Assembly (NCBI GenBank): GCA_038212275.1
Contig: JBBQUR010000034.1
Span: 1-16,991, forward strand
Direction: 5' to 3'
Length of the DNA stretch: 16,991 nucleotides
DNA from: Planctomycetota bacterium
Lineage (GTDB): Bacteria > Planctomycetota > B15-G4
Each line of letters begins with the position of its first letter. Position 1 is the stretch's first letter. This document shows, in pieces, positions 1-7,917 of the stretch. A program made the position numbers and the translations under genes. The notes below the pieces were generated by a model, which was not told the origin of the DNA, ran no database searches, and saw only the letters and a list, made by a program, of their open reading frames with translations.

Positions 1-81
1 CGCCTGCACGCGTCGCACCGACAACCGGCGCAGCTCCTCCAATGTGTCGTGGTCCAGGCTGCGGGCATCGCGACGCTTCAT
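1..81 (-). CDS. IS630-family transposase, N-terminal 27 codons (runs off window)
   Basis: Manual minus-strand translation from ATG at 81 gives MKRRDARSLDHDTLEELRRLSVRRVQA, matching the recalled IS630 N-terminal pattern (DAR.LDH.TLEE.R..AV.RV.AG). Not in the ORF track because it is open at the edge. Confidence 0.8.
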   Translation of the reverse strand, partial: MKRRDARSLDHDTLEELRRLSVRRVQA

Positions 82-139
82 CAGGGTGATCATACAGACC
101 TGACGCAGAGATCATCCCAAAGTAACGCCGGACTCAGTA
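1..139 (-). mobile_element. Left end of an IS630-family insertion sequence
   Basis: Transposase start at 81. Upstream minus-strand sequence begins TA|CTGAGTCCGGCGTTAC with the TA at 138-139; IS630 elements insert at and duplicate TA. The exact boundary is inferred because the other end is outside the window. Confidence 0.6.
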
Positions 140-297
140 AGCAGTTTGTTGCATTCTTGATCGAACACGTTTCTGAAGCATCAGCTGTCCTGCTGAAGCA
201 ACTCACGCGGGAAGAGAATCCAGGATATAAGGCAGACTCTAAAGAAGTGGCAGTTATATTTGACAGCGTTGTGGGAATTGCAGTTGCAGTATCGTAG
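140..297 (+). pseudogene. 3' remnant of an AT-richer gene (probable integron cassette ORF) interrupted by the IS
   Basis: Hand count gives about 46% GC over 141-297, well below the rest of the window. Reads as protein-like KQFVAFLIEHVSEASAVLLKQLTREENPGYKADSKEVAVIFDSVVGIAVAVS*, with the stop 8 bp before an attC-like site. Confidence 0.6.
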
Positions 298-305
298 CCA
301 AAGCC

Positions 306-392
306 GCCCGACACGCCGCTGCAGCTGGCCGACTAGCGCGCACGCCAGTGCTGATCCACGTGGCCGGCAGCTGAGCGGCTGAGCCGTTGGGC
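306..392 (+). mobile_element. Integron attC-like recombination site (87 bp)
   Basis: R'' GCCCGAC (306-312, one mismatch to RYYYAAC) and R' GTTGGGC (386-392, fits GTTRRRY). Inner arms CCGCTGCAGCTG and CAGCTGAGCGG pair with one unpaired base. Sits just after a stop codon. Confidence 0.75.
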
Positions 393-556
393 CGCCGAAT
401 GACACCAAAGCGATTGGCATCCGTGCTGGTATCCAGCCGCGTGCTCCGTGTCCGAGGACCCGACGATTGGATTCGTCTCGGATCGGAACAAACCCACGGT
501 CGCCCTCCGGACACTCGGCTTCAACGTGACCTTCGCCTCCGCGCCCGCCTTCGAAC

Positions 557-1075
557 CTACCGATTCTTCCCGCCAACGCCCGGCACAGCCGTAACCTGCT
601 TCATCCAAGCCACAATCTGCCGTTCGTCGAGGTCGCGCACGGACTTGGGCTCCACGCCTCGCGTGGACTTGCCCATGCCGATTGGCGTCACTGGCGGGAC
701 CGGCTTGAGCGCTGCGCCGTTCACGAACATGAGTTTGACGTGGCCGGCGAAGGCGCCGCAGCAGAAGCACCAGCCGTCACCGACGCCGTAGTAGGACATG
801 CCCCACTTCACGGAGCGCTGCAGGCCGGGCAGCGTCCTGGCCGCCAGGGCATCGATGCTTTCGGCGATGCCGCGCTGCGGCTGCGGCAGGCTGGCGATGT
901 AGGCGAAGACCGGCTTGTCGCCGAGCGCGGCCTTCGCGGGGCTTGCCCTGCCGGTCATGGATTCGAGCAGCTTCGGGGCGGCCTTGTCCTTTGCCGGCGT
1001 GCGCTTGGCCGGTTTCCTGACGGCGGGCTTGGACGTCTTGCCTGTCTTGCGGGTGGGCATGGTCGTTTTCTGCAT
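557..1075 (-). CDS. DUF1801 (YdhG-like) domain protein with Lys/Ala/Pro-rich N-terminal extension
   Basis: Motifs V.AYIASLP.PQR.IA..ID.L, VKWG..YYG, HVKL.F..G..L.P.PP and LDE.Q...W.KQ. Alternative start ATG at 1060. Confidence 0.85.
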   Translation of the reverse strand: MQKTTMPTRKTGKTSKPAVRKPAKRTPAKDKAAPKLLESMTGRASPAKAALGDKPVFAYIASLPQPQRGIAESIDALAARTLPGLQRSVKWGMSYYGVGDGWCFCCGAFAGHVKLMFVNGAALKPVPPVTPIGMGKSTRGVEPKSVRDLDERQIVAWMKQVTAVPGVGGKNR

Positions 1076-1328
1076 CCCCGAGAGAGTGCGCCGTGCTCGT
1101 TGTGAGACGGCACGAAGTGATACTGGTCGCCGGCGAGGGCGTCAATCAACCAGAATCCACCGAGCCGAGAACGTGGGGCATCGTCACGTTCCGCGTCGGC
1201 ACGTCGTTCGCCAGGCGCCCCTTCCCGTGGCCACAGCGCCTGGCCGAGCCGCGCCACGTCGCGATGAGCCACGCGATCCTCCGCAACCTGCTTGGCGACA
1301 GCGCTGCCCCTTGATGCAATCGGCACCC

Positions 1329-1850
1329 ATGGGCAAGCACATCCTGGAAACCGAGCGCCTGCTGCTGCGCGAGTTCGACGAGGGCGACCTCGCGACGTTC
1401 TTCATCCTGGGGAGCGACCCGGCGATCATCCGCTGGACCGGCGATCCGGGAGGCGGGTTCGCGAACCTCGAACGTGCTGCGCAGGTGCTGCAGTCGCACC
1501 CGCTGGCGGACTACCGCACGCACGGCTTCGGGCGCTGGGCGTGCGTCGAGAAGAGCACGGGCGCGGTGATCGGGTTCGCCGGGCTCAAGCGCCTTCCCGA
1601 GCTGGGCGAGGTCGACATCGGCTACCGCTTCCTCACCACACATTGGGGCCGGGGCCTCGCCACCGAGTCGGCCCGCGCGGTGCTGGCGCACGGCTTCGCG
1701 CAACTCGGCCTGCCGCGCATCATCGGACTGGTCGAGCCGGACAACGTCGCGTCGGCGCGCGTGCTGGAGAAGCTCGGCATGCGCAGCGAGGGTTTCATCG
1801 ACTACGACGGCATGCACGTGATCCGCTACGCCGCCGAGGCGGGGGGCTGA
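1329..1850 (+). CDS. GNAT N-acetyltransferase, RimJ/RimL family
   Basis: ILETERLLLR start, GFGRWA..EK..G..IGFAGL, EVDIGYRF...HWGRGLATE and N.AS.RVLEKLGM. Start at 1329 (or 1314), not 915. Confidence 0.92.
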   Translation: MGKHILETERLLLREFDEGDLATFFILGSDPAIIRWTGDPGGGFANLERAAQVLQSHPLADYRTHGFGRWACVEKSTGAVIGFAGLKRLPELGEVDIGYRFLTTHWGRGLATESARAVLAHGFAQLGLPRIIGLVEPDNVASARVLEKLGMRSEGFIDYDGMHVIRYAAEAGG

Positions 1851-2035
1851 GGCGGCGCCTTCGCGCTTGTGACCTTCGCGCTGGCGTCGGGGCCATGCCG
1901 TGGCGGTCTGCTTGGGTCCGACCGCGGCACCATGACCGCCCGTGTGGGTGTAGAGCACGTGAGAGATCAAGCGAGAGGAGAGCGTGACGTGAGCGAGAGC
2001 AACCTCGCCGGACCGGCCCTCCAAGGCAGCTCACA

Positions 2036-2473
2036 ATGAGCGAAGCGTCAGGCCCATCACGTGGAGAAGTCGTCGTCTACGAGGCGCAGGACGGTGCGAT
2101 CCGGGTGGACGTCCGGCTGGATCGGGAGACGGTCTGGCTGAGCCAGAAGCAGATGGCCGAACTCTTCGACACATCGCCCGACAAAGTGGGCCTCCACCTC
2201 AAGAACGTCTTCAACGAGGGGGAATTGACCGAGGCGGCAACTACCGAGGAGTCCTTGGTAGTTCAAACCGAGGGCAACCGGCAGGTGCGGCGGCAGGTCA
2301 AGCACTACAACCTGGACGCCATCATCTCGGTCGGATACCGGCTGAACTCGAGGCACGGCACCCGGTTTCGCATCTTGGCCATCCGGACGCTGCGCGATCA
2401 TCTGGTGCGCGGCTTCACGCTGCACGAGCGGCGGCTGGCGGAAAAGGGCATCTGCGAGATCGAGCAGGCGGTC
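2036..2473 (+). pseudogene. Truncated RhuM-family (virulence RhuM / Fic-associated) protein
   Basis: ETVWLSQKQMAELF, HLKNVF.EGEL and YNLDAIISVGYR.NS..GT.FR are RhuM motifs. Similarity ends at ...EIEQAV (codon 146); the rest of the 490-aa ORF is mostly antisense to real genes. Confidence 0.8.
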
Positions 2474-2701
2474 GTGCCGTCCTGCTTCGCGCGCAGGCCT
2501 GCGCGGATGGCGTCCATGTCCAGTTCCGGCGTTGTCGGATGCCGCGGCTCGAGGATGAAATGGAAGCACCTTGCATCGGTGACGCGGGAAAACAATGCGC
2601 GACCTCGACGATGGCATTCCCCGCCGCCAGCTCGGCTTCCCGCAAGGCACGCAAAACCGCCGGCAGCGCATCAAAGTCCTGACGATGTTCGAGGGCGATG
2701 T

Positions 2702-3409
2702 TCAGTCGACGCGTTCCGGTGGAGTGATGGTCTCGGTCGGGTCGTAACCGAATTCGTGGACGAGTGCGGCATGGAAGCGGTCGCGTTCATCGGAAAGTGC
2801 CGCGCCTTCTCCGCCGCTCGTGGCCCAGCCCGCGTAGGTCCCCATCCAATCGACGGCCAGCCTGAAGGCGGCGGCGGCTCGCGGTTCGTTGCCTGCGTGT
2901 TGAAACGCCCGCATGCGCTGCGCATACATTTCCGCGATGGAGCCGGCCACGCCGATGTGATCCGTGGCTCGCCGCATCGCCTGCTCGACATCTTCGAGCC
3001 GGTCCGGTCCTTCCGTGTTCCGCGCCTCGCGCCACCAGGCCGGTCCGGTGTCCTGCTCCGCACCGGTTGTCGTGGGCGGCACGATCATCGTCTTCGCCGG
3101 TGGCTCGCGGCGCATCGGCTCGCTGCCGGGAACGGGAACGTAGTCGCCCATTTCAAAATACTCGCGCATGTGACCATTGCGCGGGCCGGTGCGAGCTTGC
3201 AGGGGAAATGCGAGCGCCACCATTCCGGCCTCGCGTTCTCCCGGCTCGCGTTCGATCTGCATGCGAAGTTCCAGCCGGATCTGATCGAACGCAAGCTCGC
3301 GCAGAATGCCATGCTCGCCGGCCTGCACCGGGATGCCCGCCGCATCCGTGAACGCGCGCAGCACGGTGACGCGGTGATCCACGCGAAGGTGGTCGACCGT
3401 GCAGCTCAT
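2702..3409 (-). CDS. Hypothetical protein; N-terminal DUF3601-like beta domain and helical C-terminal domain with a WATSGGEG motif
   Basis: Protein-like 235-aa ORF whose start overlaps the upstream stop (ATGA at 3406-3409). The VTVLRAFTD..G....AGE segment recalls DUF3601; that assignment is tentative. Confidence 0.75.
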   Translation of the reverse strand: MSCTVDHLRVDHRVTVLRAFTDAAGIPVQAGEHGILRELAFDQIRLELRMQIEREPGEREAGMVALAFPLQARTGPRNGHMREYFEMGDYVPVPGSEPMRREPPAKTMIVPPTTTGAEQDTGPAWWREARNTEGPDRLEDVEQAMRRATDHIGVAGSIAEMYAQRMRAFQHAGNEPRAAAAFRLAVDWMGTYAGWATSGGEGAALSDERDRFHAALVHEFGYDPTETITPPERVD

Positions 3410-4587
3410 CGCATGTCCGGACCTTCGAAGGTCGCGACGATGTCGCCGGCCAGATCGAGCGCGCGGGTGGAGTCTTCCGCCGATGCCGAGACGCGCGCCA
3501 CGAGGTAACGCCCGGCCCGATTCAGGTCGCGGACGAGGAAGTACTGATCGAGCGTCTCGCTCTCGACGGTCACGCCGCGAACGCCCACACCGGCGATGCC
3601 GGAGAACGTGATGGCAACCGACGGCAAGTCCGGCTGCTTCTCCAGATACTGCTGGAGAAGCTGGCGGGAGAAGTCGGCCGTGGACGCACCTTCGTGCAGT
3701 CGCTGACTCAGGTTGATCTGGATGCGTCCGCCCGCGTCGAACACAAGCGTGCGCTTGCCGTCATCGATGACGTGCCAGCCGAATGGCACGCGGAAGAAGC
3801 CCTCGACCGCACCGGCAGCGAGTGTGGCGCATCGGGTGGCGAGGTCCGTCTTCACGACGCGCGGCACGAGTCCCGCGCCGCGCTCGCGCAGGTTGGCGTT
3901 CATCGGATGTTCGACGTCGAGTGACGCCGCGTCATCGGCCAGCGCCAGTGCGAGGAATTCATCGGGAGTCAACACGGCGGTCGGCTCGACGGCAGGAGCG
4001 CGGGCGGGCTCGGGCGCAGGCGCGGACGCGGGCGCGGACGCAGTCGCTGTCGGAGGCGGACTGCCGGGAAACAGCGGGACTCGCGTTCCGTGCACTTGGC
4101 CGAGTTCGAGCGAGGCGAGCATCGGCGACATCTTGTCGAGGGCGGCCGACCAGAACATCTCCGGCGACATGGCCGACATCTGGAACAGCCGCCCGCCGTC
4201 CTCGAGCAGCACGAAGCGCATCGTCATGGTCGAGCCGTCGTCGGCCTGCTGGGATGCGTCGCAGGTGACGGCGGGGAGGCTGCCGATGCGGGTTTCGGTG
4301 ATGGCCGAATGCGGGTAGTGTTCCTGGGTGCAGATGTAGTCCAGCCACAGCGCGACGGTGCCGTCGCCGAACGCAGGCCGCGCCGCGACAGCAAAGACCA
4401 TCGGGCCATGGGGCGACATCGCCACGGCGATCGGCATGAACTGCGCGCCGTCCGTGAAATCCGGTGTTTCAGGCGGCAGATCGGCGACGGTGAAATCCGC
4501 CGGCTTGAGAAACCGGCAGGTCAATCCCGCGTGCGCCTCAAGTGCGGCGACGTGGTAGTCATACCCGGCGGGAATCGTGTCGGACAT
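3406..4587 (-). CDS. Hypothetical two-domain protein, PsbP/DcrB(DUF1795)-like folds joined by an Ala/Pro linker
   Basis: Strong coding bias; probable start MSDTIPAG at 4587. F.KPADF.V and FRVPFGWHV openings followed by strand-strand-helix ends (LLEDGGRLFQMSAMSP..FW; RYLVARVSAS....RAL..A..IV.TF) are typical of the PsbP/Mog1 fold. Fold call is inference. Confidence 0.75.
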   Translation of the reverse strand: MSDTIPAGYDYHVAALEAHAGLTCRFLKPADFTVADLPPETPDFTDGAQFMPIAVAMSPHGPMVFAVAARPAFGDGTVALWLDYICTQEHYPHSAITETRIGSLPAVTCDASQQADDGSTMTMRFVLLEDGGRLFQMSAMSPEMFWSAALDKMSPMLASLELGQVHGTRVPLFPGSPPPTATASAPASAPAPEPARAPAVEPTAVLTPDEFLALALADDAASLDVEHPMNANLRERGAGLVPRVVKTDLATRCATLAAGAVEGFFRVPFGWHVIDDGKRTLVFDAGGRIQINLSQRLHEGASTADFSRQLLQQYLEKQPDLPSVAITFSGIAGVGVRGVTVESETLDQYFLVRDLNRAGRYLVARVSASAEDSTRALDLAGDIVATFEGPDMR

Positions 4588-4718
4588 GGCGAATGGTCTG
4601 CCGGTTGTTGAACGGGGTGCGAGCTTCAACCGGCGTCAGTGTCCGCCGGTCGAGTTGCTTCAAGGATCCTTCACCGCCTTCGGCGGCGTCAATCCTGAGG
4701 GAGTGACCTCGCCCTGTT

Positions 4719-6857
4719 TCAGTCGGCCAGCTCGAAACCACCCTCGGGTAGTTCGACATGCACGTCGATGGCGGTGACGGCAAGAACGATGGTGCCGATG
4801 AACGGGTTGGCCACCTCGGTCTCGGTGCGGAAGGGCAGCAGCATCCCCGACACGTCTCGGAAATCACCGAAGGACGTCTTCACTCCGACGCGACCGAGCC
4901 CCGTCATGAAGGGGAACGCGGCGATGCGCAGCACCTGACCGGTCTCGGCCTCGATGAAGAACGTCGACGCCGGTCTCGACGTGTCGCCTGTCCGCACCAG
5001 GAGGATCGTGTGGCCGTCGTCGTCGAGCTGCTGGATGGCGCGCAGCTCCGGATACCACGCGAGCAGATTGCCGAAGCGGGCGAAGGGCGAGTCCAGACGG
5101 ATCGAGTCGGCCGGCGGGCCCTCCAGGATGGAGAGGTCCTGGGCCGAGGAGTCGTAGCGCACCACCTCGCCGTCGAACGACATGCGCTCCTGCTTCCCGG
5201 CGGCCCTCACGTCGACGCGCGTGCGGTCCGGCCACGCGATCCATCTGGAGGCGGTGCCCTCGACACCGATGGACGCGATGTGCAGATCGCTGGTGAAGCG
5301 CACCGGGCCCAACGACTCGACAAGGTCCAGATGGTGAGCGCGGCCGACGAGCGCCACGATGTCCTCGGCCGTCGGCAGCGTGTCCGCGGGCTCGAAGCGA
5401 AACTCGCGGTGATCGCCGATGCAGTAGCCCGTCACCTCGCCTGACCCAGAGCGCTGAAAATCCAGGATGGTCGACGGCTCGTCCCGGATCTTCCAACTGT
5501 CCTCGCCGACGTAACTCAAGGTCGCCACGGCACGGCCCGGCACTTCGAGCGCCAGGTCGTCGCCGTCGCGCACGATGGCGCGATACCTGTCGCCCTCATT
5601 TTCCCGGTAGTATCCGAGGTAGTCCTCCAGCGCTGGCGCGACCACGTCGGCGCTGGTCCGTGCTCCGAGAAACAGACTCGCGAGCTCCTCCTCCACACGA
5701 AGCCCGGTGAGGTTTCCCCGCGACTGCGTGAAGTAGAGCACGAGCGCGTCCTGCCCGGGGAAGGCCCACGCGTAGGTGCCGTCGGAGCCGGAGTGTCCGA
5801 AGGCGGCGACCACGGGGTCAGCTCCGTCCGCTCCCGGATCCGTCCACAACTGCATCAGCGATCCGTAGCCGGGCGTCAGCCCTGACAGGCCGGTGCTGCC
5901 GGGGAAGGGCTGCGCGTTCGGTGTGAGCGCATCCCGCATGGAGTCCGGTGAGAGCAGTGGCTTGCCCTCCACGAGCCCATGGTCCATCCACATCTGGAGG
6001 AAGCGCGCGTAGTCCTCGAGTGATGCATACAGGCCCTGCGAGCCGAGGAAGACGGGGAACAAGGCTTCGTCCGCCGGACTCCAGAAGCGGGTCCAGCTCC
6101 CGCGCGAACCGGCGTAGTCGGAGACGGCGCGATCGCGCAGCGTGCTGTCCCGGGCCATGAGACAGGTGGTGGAGTCCATCCCCAGCGGGACCAGCACGCG
6201 CGCGACGAGGAAGTCCTCGGCGGGCACGCCGGTGACGGCCTCGATCAGTGCGGTGAGCGTGTCGGCGCCCTGATCGCTGTACTGGAAGTCGGTGCCGGGC
6301 TCGAACTGCAGCGTCGCGCCCGCTCCGAGCGCGGCCACGGCGCGCACGCTCTCCAACTTGCGCGGATCCGCGCCGGCGATCATGGAGAACGGCAGTCCGC
6401 TGGTGTGGGTGAGCAGGTGCCGGATGGTGATGCCGCGCTTGCCGTCGACGTCGAACTCGGACAGGTACTGCGCGATCGGGTCATCCAGTTGGAGCTTGCC
6501 GTCCTCGACCAGCATCCGGATGCACGTGCCGATGAGCGGTTTGGTCATCGAGCGCACGCAGAAGATGCTGCCGACCTCCACGGGCGTGTCGGTCTCCTGA
6601 TCTGCCAGGCCGTACGCCTCATGCAGGATGGAGTGTCCATTCTTGATGACCAGCAGCTCGGCGCCGACGACCTCGCGGCCGTCCACGAAGGACTGCACGA
6701 GGTCCCGCAGATGGATGAGACCGCGCTGCGAGACGCCTTCGGCCGCGGCGGTCGAGGGTGGGAAGCCGTCGGCGGGAATCACCGGATCCGCGGCGGGCGT
6801 GGCTGTGACGAGCGTGAGTGTGGTGAGAAGTGCGAGTGCGGTGGCGGCAAGGGTCAT
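4719..6857 (-). CDS. Secreted serine hydrolase (beta-lactamase class C / PBP-like family) with C-terminal accessory domains
   Basis: Signal peptide MTLAATALALLTTLTLVTATPAA, SxxK motif (RSMTK), LLTHTSG, F.YSD (YxN position) and GHSGSDG. About 310 additional C-terminal residues; AAGGA RBS upstream. Confidence 0.9.
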   Translation of the reverse strand: MTLAATALALLTTLTLVTATPAADPVIPADGFPPSTAAAEGVSQRGLIHLRDLVQSFVDGREVVGAELLVIKNGHSILHEAYGLADQETDTPVEVGSIFCVRSMTKPLIGTCIRMLVEDGKLQLDDPIAQYLSEFDVDGKRGITIRHLLTHTSGLPFSMIAGADPRKLESVRAVAALGAGATLQFEPGTDFQYSDQGADTLTALIEAVTGVPAEDFLVARVLVPLGMDSTTCLMARDSTLRDRAVSDYAGSRGSWTRFWSPADEALFPVFLGSQGLYASLEDYARFLQMWMDHGLVEGKPLLSPDSMRDALTPNAQPFPGSTGLSGLTPGYGSLMQLWTDPGADGADPVVAAFGHSGSDGTYAWAFPGQDALVLYFTQSRGNLTGLRVEEELASLFLGARTSADVVAPALEDYLGYYRENEGDRYRAIVRDGDDLALEVPGRAVATLSYVGEDSWKIRDEPSTILDFQRSGSGEVTGYCIGDHREFRFEPADTLPTAEDIVALVGRAHHLDLVESLGPVRFTSDLHIASIGVEGTASRWIAWPDRTRVDVRAAGKQERMSFDGEVVRYDSSAQDLSILEGPPADSIRLDSPFARFGNLLAWYPELRAIQQLDDDGHTILLVRTGDTSRPASTFFIEAETGQVLRIAAFPFMTGLGRVGVKTSFGDFRDVSGMLLPFRTETEVANPFIGTIVLAVTAIDVHVELPEGGFELAD

Positions 6858-6926
6858 GGCAGTCCTTCGGTAACGATGTGTGCTGCGGGGGCGAGCGTGA
6901 GTCCGGGCCGGTCTCCGCGCCGGTCC

Positions 6927-6959
6927 GTGCGGTGAGTGCGGTGAGTGCGGTGAGTGCGG
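6927..6959. repeat. 9-bp tandem repeat (GTGCGGTGA)x3.7, intergenic
   Basis: Read directly from the sequence between the tetR stop and the hydrolase start. Confidence 0.9.
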
Positions 6960-6983
6960 CCCGTGCGGTGGTCGGTGAGTTGG

Positions 6984-7574
6984 TCAGGGCCGCAAGCCGC
7001 GCAGTGCGGCTCGCACGATCGAGCGTTGCCACGTCCGCGATTGGGAAGCGCGGCCGAGCAGCGCCATGCCCTGGGTCAGCGCGACGAGCTGGCGCGCCAC
7101 GTCGTTCGCCGAGGCCTCCGTGTCGGCCGCCCCCGCGCTCTGTGCGCTCTCGATGGTGCGCTGGAAGGCCTGTTCGAGTCGCCCGAGGTAGTCGCGGAGG
7201 AGCGCGGTCAGCTCCGGGTCATCGGAACTCGCCTGCGCCATGGCGACACCCAGCAGGCACCCGAGGCTGTCGGGCGAGCCGTGATGCTGCTGCAACCGGC
7301 CCAGCACCCGCTCCAGGTTTTCCATGGGACCGTTGCGCGGGTCGGCGAGCCCCGTGCAGATCTTCCGGATAACGGTCTCCGTGTAATGCGCGAGCGACCG
7401 CAGGTACAGCTCCCGCTTGCTCCCGAAGGTGTCGTAGAGGCTCTTGCGTCCGATCCCCAGCGTCGACTCGAGCTCGTTCAACGACGTGCCGTCGTAACCC
7501 CGTCGCCAGAACAGATCGCGAGCTTGTTCGAGGGCGACCTCGGGATCGAAACGCTTGGAGGGTCCTGGAGTCAT
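6984..7574 (-). CDS. TetR/AcrR family transcriptional regulator (ComR/NemR-like)
   Basis: HTH segment FD.E.AL..A..LFW.RGY.GTS..EL...LGI.R.SLY..FGSK.EL and the GCLL motif. Confidence 0.93.
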   Translation of the reverse strand: MTPGPSKRFDPEVALEQARDLFWRRGYDGTSLNELESTLGIGRKSLYDTFGSKRELYLRSLAHYTETVIRKICTGLADPRNGPMENLERVLGRLQQHHGSPDSLGCLLGVAMAQASSDDPELTALLRDYLGRLEQAFQRTIESAQSAGAADTEASANDVARQLVALTQGMALLGRASQSRTWQRSIVRAALRGLRP

Positions 7575-7581
7575 GCCCCGC

Positions 7582-7610
7582 AGGATACGACTTACACCGA
7601 TCGGTGCAAG
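7582..7610 (-). promoter_or_regulatory. tetR promoter with overlapping palindromic operator
   Basis: CTTACACCGATCGGTGCAAG (7591-7610) is a 20-bp palindrome with one mismatched pair. The minus strand has TTGCAC (7609-7604), a 16-nt spacer, and TATCCT (7587-7582), which ends 7 nt before the ATG. Confidence 0.8.
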
Positions 7611-7759
7611 ATAGAAACCTGTGCGTCCCGCAACGGCAGCGCGGCCCCAAGCTGTCGTTCACGCGCCCGCTTCCAGGCTCGCCCTGGCGGAGTCTCGGCG
7701 CGCGGCGTGACGGGTGACTGTCCTGATCGGCAGCGAAAACTGCACGTCGCGAGCTCGTG

Positions 7760-7917
7760 CCACGTGATGGCGAGCGGTGCCGCGAGCAGCCACCAGACGA
7801 GCGCGATGGCGAGGCCGCGGTGGGGCGCGGCGGCCTGGCAGGCGGAGAGACGAAGAGGCGGAGCGCGCCGGCGCCGAGCGTCCGGCCGTCGAGGACGAGG
7901 TACGTGGCGAACATCAC
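7760..7917 (-). pseudogene. cydB: Collapsed remnant of cytochrome bd oxidase subunit II
   Basis: One frame gives VMFATYLVLDGRTLGAGALRLFV (CydB N-terminal Y.VLDGFDLGAG.L.LF). After a frame change near 7845-7850 it reads LSACQAAAPHRGLAIALVWWLLAAPLAITW, resembling the last CydB helix. Confidence 0.65.

Noticed and set aside
1093..1314. 73-aa ORF upstream of the GNAT
   Set aside because: Somewhat protein-like and possibly a gene tail, but no recognisable motif, start or RBS.
2036..3508. 490-aa RhuM fusion protein
   Set aside because: Beyond residue ~146 it is Arg/Pro-rich read-through and the antisense of the 2702-3409 gene.
4719..6857. Bona fide antibiotic-resistance beta-lactamase (ampC)
   Set aside because: YSD and HSG motifs plus extra domains fit the broad esterase/peptidase branch; resistance cannot be claimed.
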